Notes under the pieces: model-generated
Seen by the model: the letters and a program-made list of their open reading frames with translations, nothing else
The model's database searches: none
What the model was told of the DNA's origin: nothing
Translations under genes and position numbers: made by a program
In this document: positions 26,829 to 39,500 of the stretch, one piece after another
How the letters are laid out: each line of letters begins with the position of its first letter
How positions within the stretch are numbered: the stretch's first letter is position 1
NCBI GenBank assembly: GCA_964016885.1
Contig: OZ024740.1
Span: forward strand, 205,654,001 to 205,718,000
Direction: 5' to 3'
Source: Eledone cirrhosa
Lineage: Eukaryota
Length of the DNA: 64,000 nucleotides

Positions 26829-27409
26829 TCTAAACTATAATAAAGTAAGGAGCGCGGGACTGCGTACGGTTTATAATTTTTTATCCCATTAGTAAAATAA
26901 GTTGGATTACTTTGAATAAATAATTGTTTCTACTATTGGCACAAGGCCAGAAAATTACCCAGTACATTACTGGTACTTTATTTTATCGACCCCGTAAGGA
27001 TGAAAGGCAAAGTTAAATAATGAATGAATATTACATAATTTATCTACTAAATTTCATGGCTGTTCATTAAATATATTTTATTACTTATTTAAAGATTCAC
27101 TTCTTTAAAATTTTCAAATGTCAACACTTCCGGTTAGCGGTCGCTTAAATAAATATTCATATATTTCTGTCACTAATTTTCTCCTAATGCAGTTTATATA
27201 TAATATCGTCTTTTTTTTAATGTATCATGGATTACGTTACTGATTACATAAGACAGTGTAACACAGTCTTCGTTCAATTTCTGTGTATATTGTCAATTAC
27301 GATTTTATTTGATGTATCATATCTACATGTATATATACTTGGGTATAATATCAATATACACACCACACATGCTAGCAGAAAACCACCCAAAGAGTGATTT
27401 TTCTGCTAG
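26829..27409 (+). mobile_element. non-autonomous Helitron (copy B)
   Basis: A|TC...hairpin-CTAG|T; colinear with 12982-13578 apart from a small deletion removing part of the SINE and right TSD. Confidence 0.85.
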
Positions 27410-27510
27410 TAATAATAATGATTTCTTTATTCATCACAAGGGTTAACATCAAGAAAAATATGACGGCACAGGACGAAAACATAGTGCGCGGGCGTGTGCT
27501 CGCGCGTGGT

Positions 27511-30500
27511 TGTGTGTGATGGTGTTAATGTATGTGCGTGTGTGTGTGTGTGTTGGTGTTAGTGTATGTGTGTGTTGGTGTTAGTGTATGTGTGTGTGTG
27601 TTGGTGTCAGTGTGTGTGTTGGTGTCAGTGTGTGTGTTGGTATCAGTGTGTGTGTTGGTGTCAGTGTGTGTGTTGGTGTCAGTGTGTGTGTTGGTGTCAG
27701 TGTGTGTGTTGGTGTCAGTGTGTGTGTGTTGGTGTCAGTGTGTGTGTTGGTGTCAGTGTGTGTGTATTGGTGTCATTGTGTGTGTTGGTGTCAGTGTGTG
27801 TGTGTTGGTGTCAGTGTGTGTGTTGGTGTCAGTGTGTGTGTTGGTGTCAGTGTGTGTGTGTTGGTGTCAGTGTGTGTGTTGGTGTCAGTGTGTGTGTGTT
27901 GGTGTCAGTGTGTGTGTTGGTGTCAATGTGTGTGTGTTGGTGTCAGTGTGTGTGTTGGTGTCAGTGTGTGTGTTGGTGTCAGTGTGTGTTGGTGTCAGTG
28001 TGTGTGTTGGTGTCAGTGTGTGTGTTGGTGTCAGTGTGTGTGTGTTGGTGTCAGTGTGTGTGTTGGTGTCAGTGTGTGTGTTGGTGTCAGTGTGTGTGTT
28101 GGTGTCAGTGTGTGTGTGTTGGTGTCAGTGTGTGTGTTGGTATCAGTGTGTGTGTTGGTATCAGTGTGTGTGTTGGTGTCAGTGTGTGTGTTGGTGTCAG
28201 TGTGTGTGTTGGTGTCAGTGTGTGTGTTGGTGTCAGTGTGTGTGTGTTGGTGTCAGTGTGTGTGTTGGTATCAGTGTGTGTGATGGTGTCAGTGTGTGTG
28301 TTGGTATCAGTGTGTGTGATGGTGTCAGTGTGTGTGTTGGTGTCAGTGTGTGTGTTGGTATCAGTGTGTGTGTTGGTATCAGTGTGTGTGATGGTGTCAG
28401 TGTGTGTGATGGTGTCAGTGTGTGTGTTGGTGTCAGTGTGTGTGTTGGTGTCAGTGTGTGTGTTGGTATCAGTGTGTGTGTTGGTGTCAGTGTGTGTGTT
28501 GGTGTCAGTGTGTGTGTTGGTATCAGTGTGTGTGTTGGTATCAGTGTGTGTGATGGTGTCAGTGTGTGTGTTGGTATCAGTGTGTGTGATGGTGTCAGTG
28601 TGTGTGTTGGTATCAGTGTGTGTGATGGTGTCAGTGTGTGTGTTGGTATCAGTGTGTGTGTTGGTGTCAGTGTGTGTGTTGGTGTCAGTGTGTGTGTTGG
28701 TATCAGTGTGTGTGTTGGTATCAGTGTGTGTGATGGTGTCAGTGTGTGTGATGGTGTCAGTGTGTGTGTTGGTGTCAGTGTGTGTGTTGGTGTCAGTGTG
28801 TGTTGGTGTCAGTGTGTGTGTTGGTGTCAGTGTGTGTGTGTTGGTGTCAGTGAGTGTGTTGGTGTCAGTGTGTGTGTTGGTGTCAGTGTGTGTGTTGGTG
28901 TCAGTGTGTGTGTTGGTATCAGTGTGTGTGTTGGTATCAGTGTGTGTGTTGGTATCAGTGTGTGTGTTGGTATCAGTGTGTGTGTTGGTGTCAGTGTGTG
29001 TTGGTGTCAGTGTGTGTTGGTGTCAGTGTGTGTGTTGGTGTCAGTGTGTGTGTTGGTGTCAGTGTGTGTTTTGGTGTCAGTGTGTGTTGGTATCATTGTG
29101 TGTGTTGGTGTCAGTGTGTGTGTTGGTGTCAGTGTGTGTTGGTGTCAGTGTGTGTGTTGGTGTCAGTGTGTGTGTTGGTGTCAGTGTGTGTGTTGGTATC
29201 AGTGTGTGTGTTGGTATCAGTGTGTGTGTTGGTATCAGTGTGTGTGTTGGTGTCAGTGTGTGTGTTGGTGTCAGTGTGTGTGTTGGTGTCAGTGTGTTTT
29301 TTGGTGTCAGTGTGTGTTGGTATCAGTATGTGTGTTGGTGTCAGTGTGTGTGTGTTGGTGTCAGTGTGTGTGTGTTGGTGTCAGTGTGTGTGTTGGTGTC
29401 AGTGTGTGTGTTGGTGTCAGTGTGTGTGTTGGTGTCAGTGTGTGTGTGTTGGTGTCAGTGTGTGTGTGTTGGTGTCAGTGTGTGTGTTGGTGTCAGTGTG
29501 TGTGTTGGTGTCAGTGTGTGTTGGTGTCAGAGTGTGTGTTGGTATCAGCGTGTGTGTTGGTATCAGCGTGTGTGTTGGTATCAGTGTGTGTGTGTTGGTG
29601 TCAGTGTGTGTGTTGGTGTCAGTGTGTGTTAGTGTCAGTGTGTGTTGGTGTCAGTGTGTGTGTTGGTGTCAGTGTGTGTGTTGGTGTCAGTGTGTGTGTT
29701 GGCGTCAGTGTGTGTGTTGGTGTCAGTGTGTGTGTGTTGTTGTCAGTGTGTGTGTTGGTGTCAGTGTGTGTGTGTTGGTGTCAGTGTGTGTGTTGGTGTC
29801 AATGTGTGTGTTGGTGTCAGTGTGTGTGTTGGTGTCAGTGTGTGTGTTGGTATCAGTGTGTGTTGGTGTCAGTGTGTGTGTTGGTGTCAGTGTGTGTGTT
29901 GGTGTCAGTGTGTGTGTTGGTGTCAGTGTGTGTGTTGGTATCAGTGTGTGTGTTGGTGTCAGTGTGTGTGTTGGTGTCAGTGTGTGTGTTGGTGCCAGTG
30001 TGTGTGTTGGTATCAGCATGTGTGTTGGTATCAGCGTGTGTGTTGGTGTCAGTGTGTGTGTTGGTGTCAGTGTGTGTGTTGGTGTCAGTGTGTGTGTGTT
30101 GGTGTCAGTGTGTGTGTTGGTGTCAGTGTGTGTGTGTTGGTGTCAGTGTGTGTGTTGGTGTCAGTGTGTGTGTTGGTGTCAGTGTGTGTGTTGGTGTCAG
30201 TGTGTGTGTTGGTATCAATGTGTGTGTTGGTGGCAGTGTGTGTGTTGGTGTCAGTGTGTGTTGGTGTCAGTGTGTGTTGGTGTCAGTGTGTGTGTTGGTG
30301 TCAGTGTGTGTGTTGGTGTCAGTGTGTGTGTTGGTGTCAGTGTGTGTGTTGGTGTCAGTGTGTGTGTGTTGGTGTCAGTGTGTGTGTTGGTATCAGTGTG
30401 TGTGTTGGTGTCAAGTGTGTGTGTTGGTGTCAGTGTGTGTGTTGGTGTTAGTGTGTGTGTTGGTATCAGTGTGTGTGTTGGTGTCAGTGTGTGTGTTGGT

Positions 30501-33500
30501 ATCAGTGTGTGTGTTGGTGTCAGTGTGTGTGTTGGTATCAGCGTGTGTGTTGGTGTCAGTGTGTGTGTTGGTATCAGTGTGTGTGTTGGTATCAGTGTGT
30601 GTGTTGGTGTCAGTGTGTGTGTGTTGGTATCAGCGTGTGTGTTGGTGTCAGTGTGTGTGTTGGTATCAGCGTGTGTGTTGGTGTCAGTGTGTGTGTTGGT
30701 GTCAGTGTGTGTGTTGGTGTCAGTGTGTGTGTTGGTATCAGTGTGTGTGTTGGTGTCAGTGTGTGTGTTGGTGTCAGTGTGTGTGTTGGTGTCAGTGTGT
30801 GTGTGTTGGTATCAGTGTGTGTGTGTTGGTGTCAGTGTGTGTGTTGGTGTCAGTGTGTGTGTTGGTGTCAGTGTGTATGTTGGTGTCAGTGTGTGTGTTG
30901 GTATCAGTGTGTGTGTTGGTGTCAGTGTGTGTGTTGGTGTCAGTGTGTGTGTTGGTGTCAGTGTGTGTGTTGGTGTCAGTGTGTGTGTTGGTGTCAGTGT
31001 GTGTGTTTTGGTATCAGTGTGTGTGTGTTGGTGTCAGTGTGTGTGTTGGTGTCAGTGTGTGAGTTGGTGTCAGTGTGTATGTTGGTGTCAGTGTGTGTGT
31101 TGGTGTCAGTGTGTGTGTTGGTATCAGTGTGTGTGTTGGTGTCAGTGTGTGTGTTGGTATCAGTGTGTGTGTTGGTGTCAGTGTGTGTGTTGGTGTCAGT
31201 GTGTGTGTTGGTGTCAGTGTGTGTGTTGGTGTCAGTGTGTGTGTTGGTGTCAGTGTGTGTGTGTTGGTATCAGTGTGTGTGTTGGTGTCAGTGTGTGTGT
31301 TGGTATCAGCGTGTGTGTTGGTGTCAGTGTGTGTGTTGGTATCAGCGTGTGTGTTGGTGTCAGTGTGTGTGTTGGTGTCAGTGTGTGTGTTGGTGTCAGT
31401 GTGTGTGTTGGTGTCAGTGTGTGTGTGTTGGTATCAGTGTGTGTGTTGGTGTCAGTGTGTGTGTTGGTATCAGTGTGTGTGTTGGTGTCAGTGTGTGTGT
31501 TGGTGTCAGTGTGTGTGTTGGTGTCAGTGTGTGTGTTGGTGTCAGTGTGTGTGTTGGTGTCAGTGTGTGTGTGTTGGTATCAGTGTGTGTGTTGGTGTCA
31601 GTGTGTGTGTTGGTATCAGCGTGTGTGTTGGTGTCAGTGTGTGTGTTGGTGTCAGTGTGTGTGTGTTGGTATCAGTGTGTGTGTGTTGGTGTCAGTGTGT
31701 GTGTTGGTGTCAGTGTGTGTGTGTTGGTGTCAGTGTGTGTGTGTTGGTGTCAGTGTGTGTGTTGGTGTCAGTGTGTGTGTTGGTGTCAGTGTGTGTGTTG
31801 GTGTCAGTGTGTGTGTTGGTGTCAGTGTGTGTGTTGGTGTCAGTGTGTGTGTGTTGGTATGAGCGTGTGTGTTGGTGTCAGTGTGTGTGTTGGTGTCAGT
31901 GTGTATGTTGGTGTCAGTGTGTGTTGGTGTCAGTGTGTGTGTGTTGGTGTCAGTGTGTGTGTTGGTATCAGTGTGTGTGTTGGTATCAGTGTGTGTGTTG
32001 GTGTCAGTGTGTGTGTTGGTGTCAGTGTGTGTGTTGGTGTCAGTGTGTGTGTTGGTGTCAGTGTGTGTGTGTTGGTGTCAGTGTGTGTGTTGGTGTCAGT
32101 GTGTGTGTTGGTATCAGTGTGTGTGTTGGTGTCAGTGTGTGTGTTGGTGTCAGTGTGTGTGTTGGTATCAGTGTGTGTGTTGGTATCAGTGTGTGTGATG
32201 GTGTCAGTGTGTGTGTTGGTGTCAGTGTGTGTGTTGGTGTCAGTGTGTGTGTTGGTGTCAGTGTGTGTGTTGGTGTCAGTGTGTGTTGGTGTCAGTGTGT
32301 GTGTTGGTGTCAGTGTGTGTTGGTGTCAGTGTGTGTGTTGGTGTCAGTGTGTGTGTTGGTGTCAGTGTGTGTGTTGGTGTCAGTGTGTGTTGGTGTCAGT
32401 GTGTGTGTTGGTGTCAGTGTGTGTGTGTTGGTGTCAGTGAGTGTGTTGGTGTCAGTGTGTGTGTTGGTGTCAGTGTGTGTGTTGGTGTCAGTGTGTGTGT
32501 TGGTATCAGTGTGTGTGTTGGTATCAGTGTGTGTGTTGGTATCAGTGTGTGTGTTGGTATCAGCGTGTGTGTTGGTGTCAGTGTGTGTGTTGGTATCAGT
32601 GTGTGTGTTGGTATCAGTGTGTGTGTTGGTGTCAGTGTGTGTGTTGGTATCAGCGTGTGTGTTGGTGTCAGTGTGTGTGTTGGTGTCAGTGTGTGTGTTG
32701 GTGTCAGTGTGTGTGTGTTGGTGTCAGTGTGTGTGTTGGTGTCAGTGTGTGTGTTGGTATCAGTGTGTGTGTTGGTATCAGTGTGTGTGTTGGTGTCAGT
32801 GTGTGTGTTGGTGTCAGTGTGTGTGTTGGTATCAGTGTGTGTGTTGGTATCAGTGTCTGTGATGGTGTCAGTGTGTGTGTTGGTGTCAGTGTGTGTGTTG
32901 GTGTCAGTGTGTGTGTTGGTGTCAGTGTGTGTGTTGGTGTCAGTGTGTGTTGGTGTCAGTGTGTGTGTTGGTGTCAGTGTGTGTTGGTGTCAGTGTGTGT
33001 GTTGGTGTCAGTGTGTGTGTTGGTGTCAGTGTGTGTGTTGGTGTCAGTGTGTGTTGGCGTCAGTGTGTGTGTTGGTGTCAGTGTGTGTGTGTTGGTGTCA
33101 GTGAGTGTGTTGGTGTCAGTGTGTGTGTTGGTGTCAGTGTATGTGTTGGTGTCAGTGTGTGTGTTGGTATCAGTGTGTGTGTTGGTATCAGTGTGTGTGT
33201 TGGTATCAGTGTGTGTGTTGGTATCAGTGTGTGTGTTGGTGTCAGTGTGTGTTGGTGTCAGTGTGTGTTGGTGTCAGTGTGTGTGTTGGTGTCAGTGTGT
33301 GTGTTGGTGTCAGTGTGTGTTTTGGTGTCAGTGTGTGTTGGTATCATTGTGTGTGTTGGTGTCAGTGTGTGTGTTGGTGTCAGTGTGTGTTGGTGTCAGT
33401 GTGTGTGTTGGTGTCAGTGTGTGTGTTGGTGTCAGTGTGTGTGTTGGTATCAGTGTGTGTGTTGGTATCAGTGTGTGTGTTGGTATCAGTGTGTGTGTTG

Positions 33501-36500
33501 GTGTCAGTGTGTGTGTTGGTGTCAGTGTGTGTGTTGGTGTCAGTGTGTTTTTTGGTGTCAGTGTGTGTTGGTATCAGTATGTGTGTTGGTGTCAGTGTGT
33601 GTGTGTTGGTGTCAGTGTGTGTGTGTTGGTGTCAGTGTGTGTGTTGGTGTCAGTGTGTGTGTTGGTGTCAGTGTGTGTGTTGGTGTCAGTGTGTGTGTGT
33701 TGGTGTCAGTGTGTGTGTTGATGTAAGTGTGTGTGTTGGTGTCAGTGTGTGTGTTGGTGTCAGTGTGTGTTGGTGTCAGAGTGTGTGTTGGTATCAGCGT
33801 GTGTGTTGGTATCAGCGTGTGTGTTGGTATCAGTGTGTGTGTGTTGGTGTCAGTGTGTGTGTTGGTGTCAGTGTGTGTTGGTGTCAGTGTGTGTTGGTGT
33901 CAGTGTGTGTTGGTGTCAGTGTGTGTGTTGGTGTCAGTGTGTGTGTTGGTGTCAGTGTGTGTGTTGGCGTCAGTGTGTGTGTTGGTGTCAGTGTGTGTGT
34001 GTTGGTGTCAGTGTGTGTGTTGGTGTCAGTGTGTGTGTGTTGGTGTCAGTGTGTGTGTTGGTGTCAATGTGTGTGTTGGTGTCAGTGTGTGTGTTGGTGT
34101 CAGTGTGTGTGTTGGTATCAGTGTGTGTTGGTGTCAGTGTGTGTGTTGGTGTCAGTGTGTGTGTTGGTGTCAGTGTGTGTGTTGGTGTCAGTGTGTGTGT
34201 TGGTATCAGTGTGTGTGTTGGTGTCAGTGTGTGTGTTGGTGTCAGTGTGTGTGTTGGTGCCAGTGTGTGTGTTGGTATCAGCGTGTGTGTTGGTGTCAGT
34301 GTGTGTGTTGGTGTCAGTGTGTGTGTTGGTGTCAGTGTGTGTGTGTTGGTGTCAGTGTGTGTGTTGGTGTCAGTGTGTGTGTGTTGGTGTCAGTGTGTGT
34401 GTTGGTGTCAGTGTGTGTGTTGGTGTCAGTGTGTGTGTTGGTGTCAGTGTGTGTGTTGGTATCAATGTGTGTGTTGGTGGCAGTGTGTGTGTTGGTGTCA
34501 GTGTGTGTTGGTGTCAGTGTGTGTTGGTGTCAGTGTGTGTGTTGGTGTCAGTGTGTGTGTTGGTGTCAGTGTGTGTGTTGGTGTCAGTGTGTGTGTTGGT
34601 GTCAGTGTGTGTGTGTTGGTGTCAGTGTGTGTGTTGGTATCAGTGTGTGTGTTGGTGTCAAGTGTGTGTGTTGGTGTCAGTGTGTGTGTTGGTGTTAGTG
34701 TGTGTGTTGGTATCAGTGTGTGTGTTGGTGTCAGTGTGTGTGTTGGTATCAGTGTGTGTGTTGGTGTCAGTGTGTGTGTTGGTATCAGTGTGTGTGTTGG
34801 TGTCAGTGTGTGTGTTGGTGTCAGTGTGTGTGTTGGTGTCAGTGTGTGTGTGTTGGTATCAGTGTGTGTGTGTTGGTGTCAGTGTGTGTGTTGGTGTCAG
34901 TGTGTGTGTTGGTGTCAGTGTGTATGTTGGTGTCAGTGTGTGTGTTGGTATCAGTGTGTGTGTTGGTGTCAGTGTGTGTGTTGGTGTCAGTGTGTGTGTT
35001 GGTGTCAGTGTGTGTGTTGGTGTCAGTGTGTGTGTTGGTGTCAGTGTGTGTGTGTTGGTATCAGTGTGTGTGTGTTGGTGTCAGTGTGTGTGTTGGTGTC
35101 AGTGTGTGAGTTGGTGTCAGTGTGTATGTTGGTGTCAGTGTGTGTGTTGGTGTCAGTGTGTGTGTTGGTATCAGTGTGTGTGTTGGTGTCAGTGTGTGTG
35201 TTGGTGTCAGTGTGTGTGTTGGTGTCAGTGTGTGTGTTGGTGTCAGTGTGTGTGTTGGTGTCAGTGTGTGTGTGTTGGTATCAGTGTGTGTGTTGGTGTC
35301 AGTGTGTGTGTTGGTATCAGCGTGTGTGTTGGTGTCAGTGTGTGTGTTGGTGTCAGTGTGTGTGTGTTGGTATCAGTGTGTGTGTGTTGGTGTCAGTGTG
35401 TGTGTTGGTGTCAGTGTGTGTGTGTTGGTGTCAGTGTGTGTGTGTTGGTGTCAGTGTGTGTGTTGGTGTCAGTGTGTGTGTTGGTGTCAGTGTGTGTGTT
35501 GGTGTCAGTGTGTGTGTTGGTGTCAGTGTGTGTGTTGGTGTCAGTGTGTGTGTGTTGGTATGAGCGTGTGTGTTGGTGTCAGTGTGTGTGTTGGTGTCAG
35601 TGTGTATGTTGGTGTCAGTGTGTGTTGGTGTCAGTGTGTGTGTGTTGGTGTCAGTGTGTGTGTTGGTATCAGTGTGTGTGTTGGTATCAGTGTGTGTGTT
35701 GGTGTCAGTGTGTGTGTTGGTGTCAGTGTGTGTGTTGGTGTCAGTGTGTGTGTTGGTGTCAGTGTGTGTGTGTTGGTGTCAGTGTGTGTGTTGGTGTCAG
35801 TGTGTGTGTTGGTATCAGTGTGTGTGTTGGTGTCAGTGTGTGTGTTGGTGTCAGTGTGTGTGTTGGTATCAGTGTGTGTGTTGGTATCAGTGTGTGTGAT
35901 GGTGTCAGTGTGTGTGTTGGTGTCAGTGTGTGTGTTGGTGTCAGTGTGTGTGTTGGTGTCAGTGTGTGTGTTGGTGTCAGTGTGTGTTGGTGTCAGTGTG
36001 TGTGTTGGTGTCAGTGTGTGTGTTGGTGTCAGTGTGTGTGGTCTGGTGTCAGTGTGTGTTGGTGTCAGTGTGTGTGTTGGTGTCAGTGTGTGTGTGTTGG
36101 TGTCAGTGAGTGTGTTGGTGTCAGTGTGTGTGTTGGTGTCAGTGTGTGTGTTGGTGTCAGTGTGTGTGTTGGTATCAGTGTGTGTGTTGGTATCAGTGTG
36201 TGTGTTGGTATCAGTGTGTGTGTTGGTATCAGCGTGTGTGTTGGTGTCAGTGTGTGTGTTGGTATCAGTGTGTGTGTTGGTATCAGTGTGTGTGTTGGTG
36301 TCAGTGTGTGTGTTGGTATCAGCGTGTGTGTTGGTGTCAGTGTGTGTGTTGGTGTCAGTGTGTGTGTTGGTGTCAGTGTGTGTGTTGGTATCAGTGTGTG
36401 TGTTGGTGTCAGTGTGTGTGTTGGTGTCAGTGTGTGTGTTGGTGTCAGTGTGTGTGTGTTGGTATCAGTGTGTGTGTGTTGGTGTCAGTGTGTGTGTTGG

Positions 36501-39500
36501 TGTCAGTGTGTGTGTTGGTGTCAGTGTGTATGTTGGTGTCAGTGTGTGTGTTGGTATCAGTGTGTGTGTTGGTGTCAGTGTGTGTGTTGGTGTCAGTGTG
36601 TGTGTTGGTGTCAGTGTGTGTGTTGGTGTCAGTGTGTGTGTTGGCGTCAGTGTGTGTGTGTTGGTATCAGTGTGTGTGTGTTGGTGTCAGTGTGTGTGTT
36701 GGTGTCAGTGTGTGAGTTGGTGTCAGTGTGTATGTTGGTGTCAGTGTGTGTGTTGGTGTCAGTGTGTGTGTTGGTATCAGTGTGTGTGTTGGTGTCAGTG
36801 TGTGTGTTGGTGTCAGTGTGTGTGTTGGTGTCAGTGTGTGTGTTGGTGTCAGTGTGTGTGTTGGTGTCAGTGTGTCTGTGTTGGTATCAGTGTGTGTGTT
36901 GGTGTCAGTGTGTGTGTTGGTATCAGCGTGTGTGTTGGTGTCAGTGTGTGTGTTGGTGTCAGTGTGTGTGTTGGTATCAGTGTGTGTGTGTTGGTGTCAG
37001 TGTGTGTGTTGGTGTCAGTGTGTGTGTTGGTGTCAGTGTGTGTGTGTTGGTGTCAGTGTGTGTGTTGGTGTCAGTGTGTGTGTTGGTGTCAGTGTGTGTG
37101 TTGGTGTCAGTGTGTGTGTTGGTGTCAGTGTGTGTGTTGGTGTCAGTGTGTGTGTGTTGGTATGAGTGTGTGTGTTGGTGTCAGTGTGTGTGTTGGTGTC
37201 AGTGTGTATGTTGGTGTCAGTGTGTGTGTTGGTGTCAGTGTGTGTGTGTTGGTGTCAGTGTGTGTGTTGGTGTCAGTGTGTGTGTTGGTGTCAGTGTGTG
37301 TGTTGGTGTCAGTGTGTGTGTTGGTGTCAGTGTGTGTGTTGGTGTCAGTGTGTGTGTTGGTGTCAGTGTGTGTGTGTTGGTGTCAGTGTGTGTGTTGGTG
37401 TCAGTGTGTGTGTTGGTATCAGTGTGTGTGTTGGTGTCAGTGTGTGTGTTGGTGTCAGTGTGTGTGTTGGTATCAGTGTGTGTGTTGGTATCAGTGTGTG
37501 TGTTGGTGTCAGTGTGTGTGTTGGTGTCAGTGTGTGTGTTGGTGTCAGTGTGTGTGTTGGTGTCAGTGTGTGTGTTGGTGTCAGTGTGTGTTGGTGTCAG
37601 TGTGTGTGTTGGTGTCAGTGTGTGTTGGTGTCAGTGTGTGTGTTGGTGTCAGTGTGTGTGTTGGTGTCAGTGTGTGTGTTGGTGTCAGTGTGTGTTGGTG
37701 TCAGTGTGTGTGTTGGTGTCAGTGTGTGTGTGTTGGTGTCAGTGTGTGTGTTGGTGTCAGTGTGTGTGTTGGTGTCAGTGTGTGTGTTGGTGTCAGTGTG
37801 TGTGTTGGTGTCAGTGTGTGTGTTGGTGTCAGTGTGTGTGTTGGTATCAGTGTGTGTGTTGGTATCAGTGTGTGTGTTGGTGTCAGTGTGTGTTGGTGTC
37901 AGTGTGTGTTGGTGTCAGTGTGTGTGTTGGTGTCAGTGTGTGTGTTGGTGTCAGTGTGTGTTTGGTGTCAGTGTGTGTTGGTATCATTGTGTGTGTTGGT
38001 GTCAGTGTGTGTGTTGGTGTCAGTGTGTGTTGGTGTCAGTGTGTGTGTTGGTGTCAGTGTGTGTGTTGGTGTCAGTGTGTGTGTTGGTATCAGTGTGTGT
38101 GTTGGTATCAGCGTGTGTGTTGGTATCAGTGTGTGTGTTGTTGTCAGTGTGTGTGTTGGTGTCAGTGTGTGTGTTGGTGTCAGTGTGTTTTTTGGTGTCA
38201 GTGTGTGTTGGTATCAGTATGTGTGTTGGTGTCAGTGTGTGTGTGTTGGTGTCAGTGTGTGTGTGTTGGTGTCAGTGTGTGTGTTGGTGTCAGTGTGTGT
38301 GTTGGTGTCAGTGTGTGTGTTGGTGTCAGTGTGTGTGTGTTGGTGTCAGTGTGTGTGTGTTGGTGTCAGTGTGTGTGTTGGTGTCAGTGTGTGTGTTGAT
38401 GTAAGTGTGTGTGTTGGTGTCAGTGTGTGTGTGTTGGTGTCAGTGAGTGTGTTGGTGTCTGTGTGTGTGTTGGTGTCAGTGTGTGTGTTGGTGTCAGTGT
38501 GTGTGTTGGTATCAGTGTGTGTGTTGGTATCAGTGTGTGTGTTGGTATCAGTATGTGTGTTGGTGTCAGTGTGTGTGTGTTGGTGTCAGTGTGTGTGTGT
38601 TGGTGTCAGTGTGTGTGTTGGTGTCTGTGTGTGTGTTGGTGTCAGTGTGTGTGTTGGTGTCAGTGTGTGTGTTGGTGTCAGTGTGTGTGTTGGCGTCAGT
38701 GTGTGTGTGTTGGTATCAGTGTGTGTGTGTTGGTGTCAGTGTGTGTGTTGGTGTCAGTGTGTGAGTTGGTGTCAGTGTGTATGTTGGTGTCAGTGTGTGT
38801 GTTGGTGTCAGTGTGTGTGTTGGTATCAGTGTGTGTGTTGGTGTCAGTGTGTGTGTTGGTGTCAGTGTGTGTGTTGGTGTCAGTGTGTGTGTTGGTGTCA
38901 GTGTGTGTGTTGGTGTCAGTGTGTGTGTGTTGGTATCAGTGTGTGTGTTGGTGTCAGTGTGTGTGTTGGTATCAGCGTATGTGTTGGTGTCAGTGTGTGT
39001 GTTGGTGTCAGTGTGTGTGTGTTGGTATCAGTGTGTGTGTGTTGGTGTCAGTGTGTGTGTTGGTGTCAGTGTGTGTGTGTTGGTGTCAGTGTGTGTGTGT
39101 TGGTGTCAGTGTGTGTGTTGGTGTCAGTGTGTGTGTTGGTGTCAGTGTGTGTGTTGGTGTCAGTGTGTGTGTTGGTGTCAGTGTGTGTGTTGGTGTCAGT
39201 GTGTGTGTGTTGGTATGAGCGTGTGTGTTGGTGTCAGTGTGTGTGTTGGTGTCAGTGTGTATGTTGGTGTCAGTGTGTGTTGGTGTCAGTGTGTGTGTGT
39301 TGGTGTCAGTGTGTGTGTTGGTATCAGTGTGTGTGTTGGTATCAGTGTGTGTGTTGGTGTCAGTGTGTGTGTTGGTGTCAGTGTGTGTGTTGGTGTCAGT
39401 GTGTGTGTTGGTGTCAGTGTGTGTGTGTTGGTGTCAGTGTGTGTGTTGGTGTCAGTGTGTGTGTTGGTATCAGTGTGTGTGTTGGTGTCAGTGTGTGTGT

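Noticed and set aside
27600-27700. TGTCA (TALE-homeodomain) and GGTGTCA (T-box-like) motifs in each satellite unit as a transcription-factor sink
   Set aside because: A short motif match only, with no supporting evidence from sequence.
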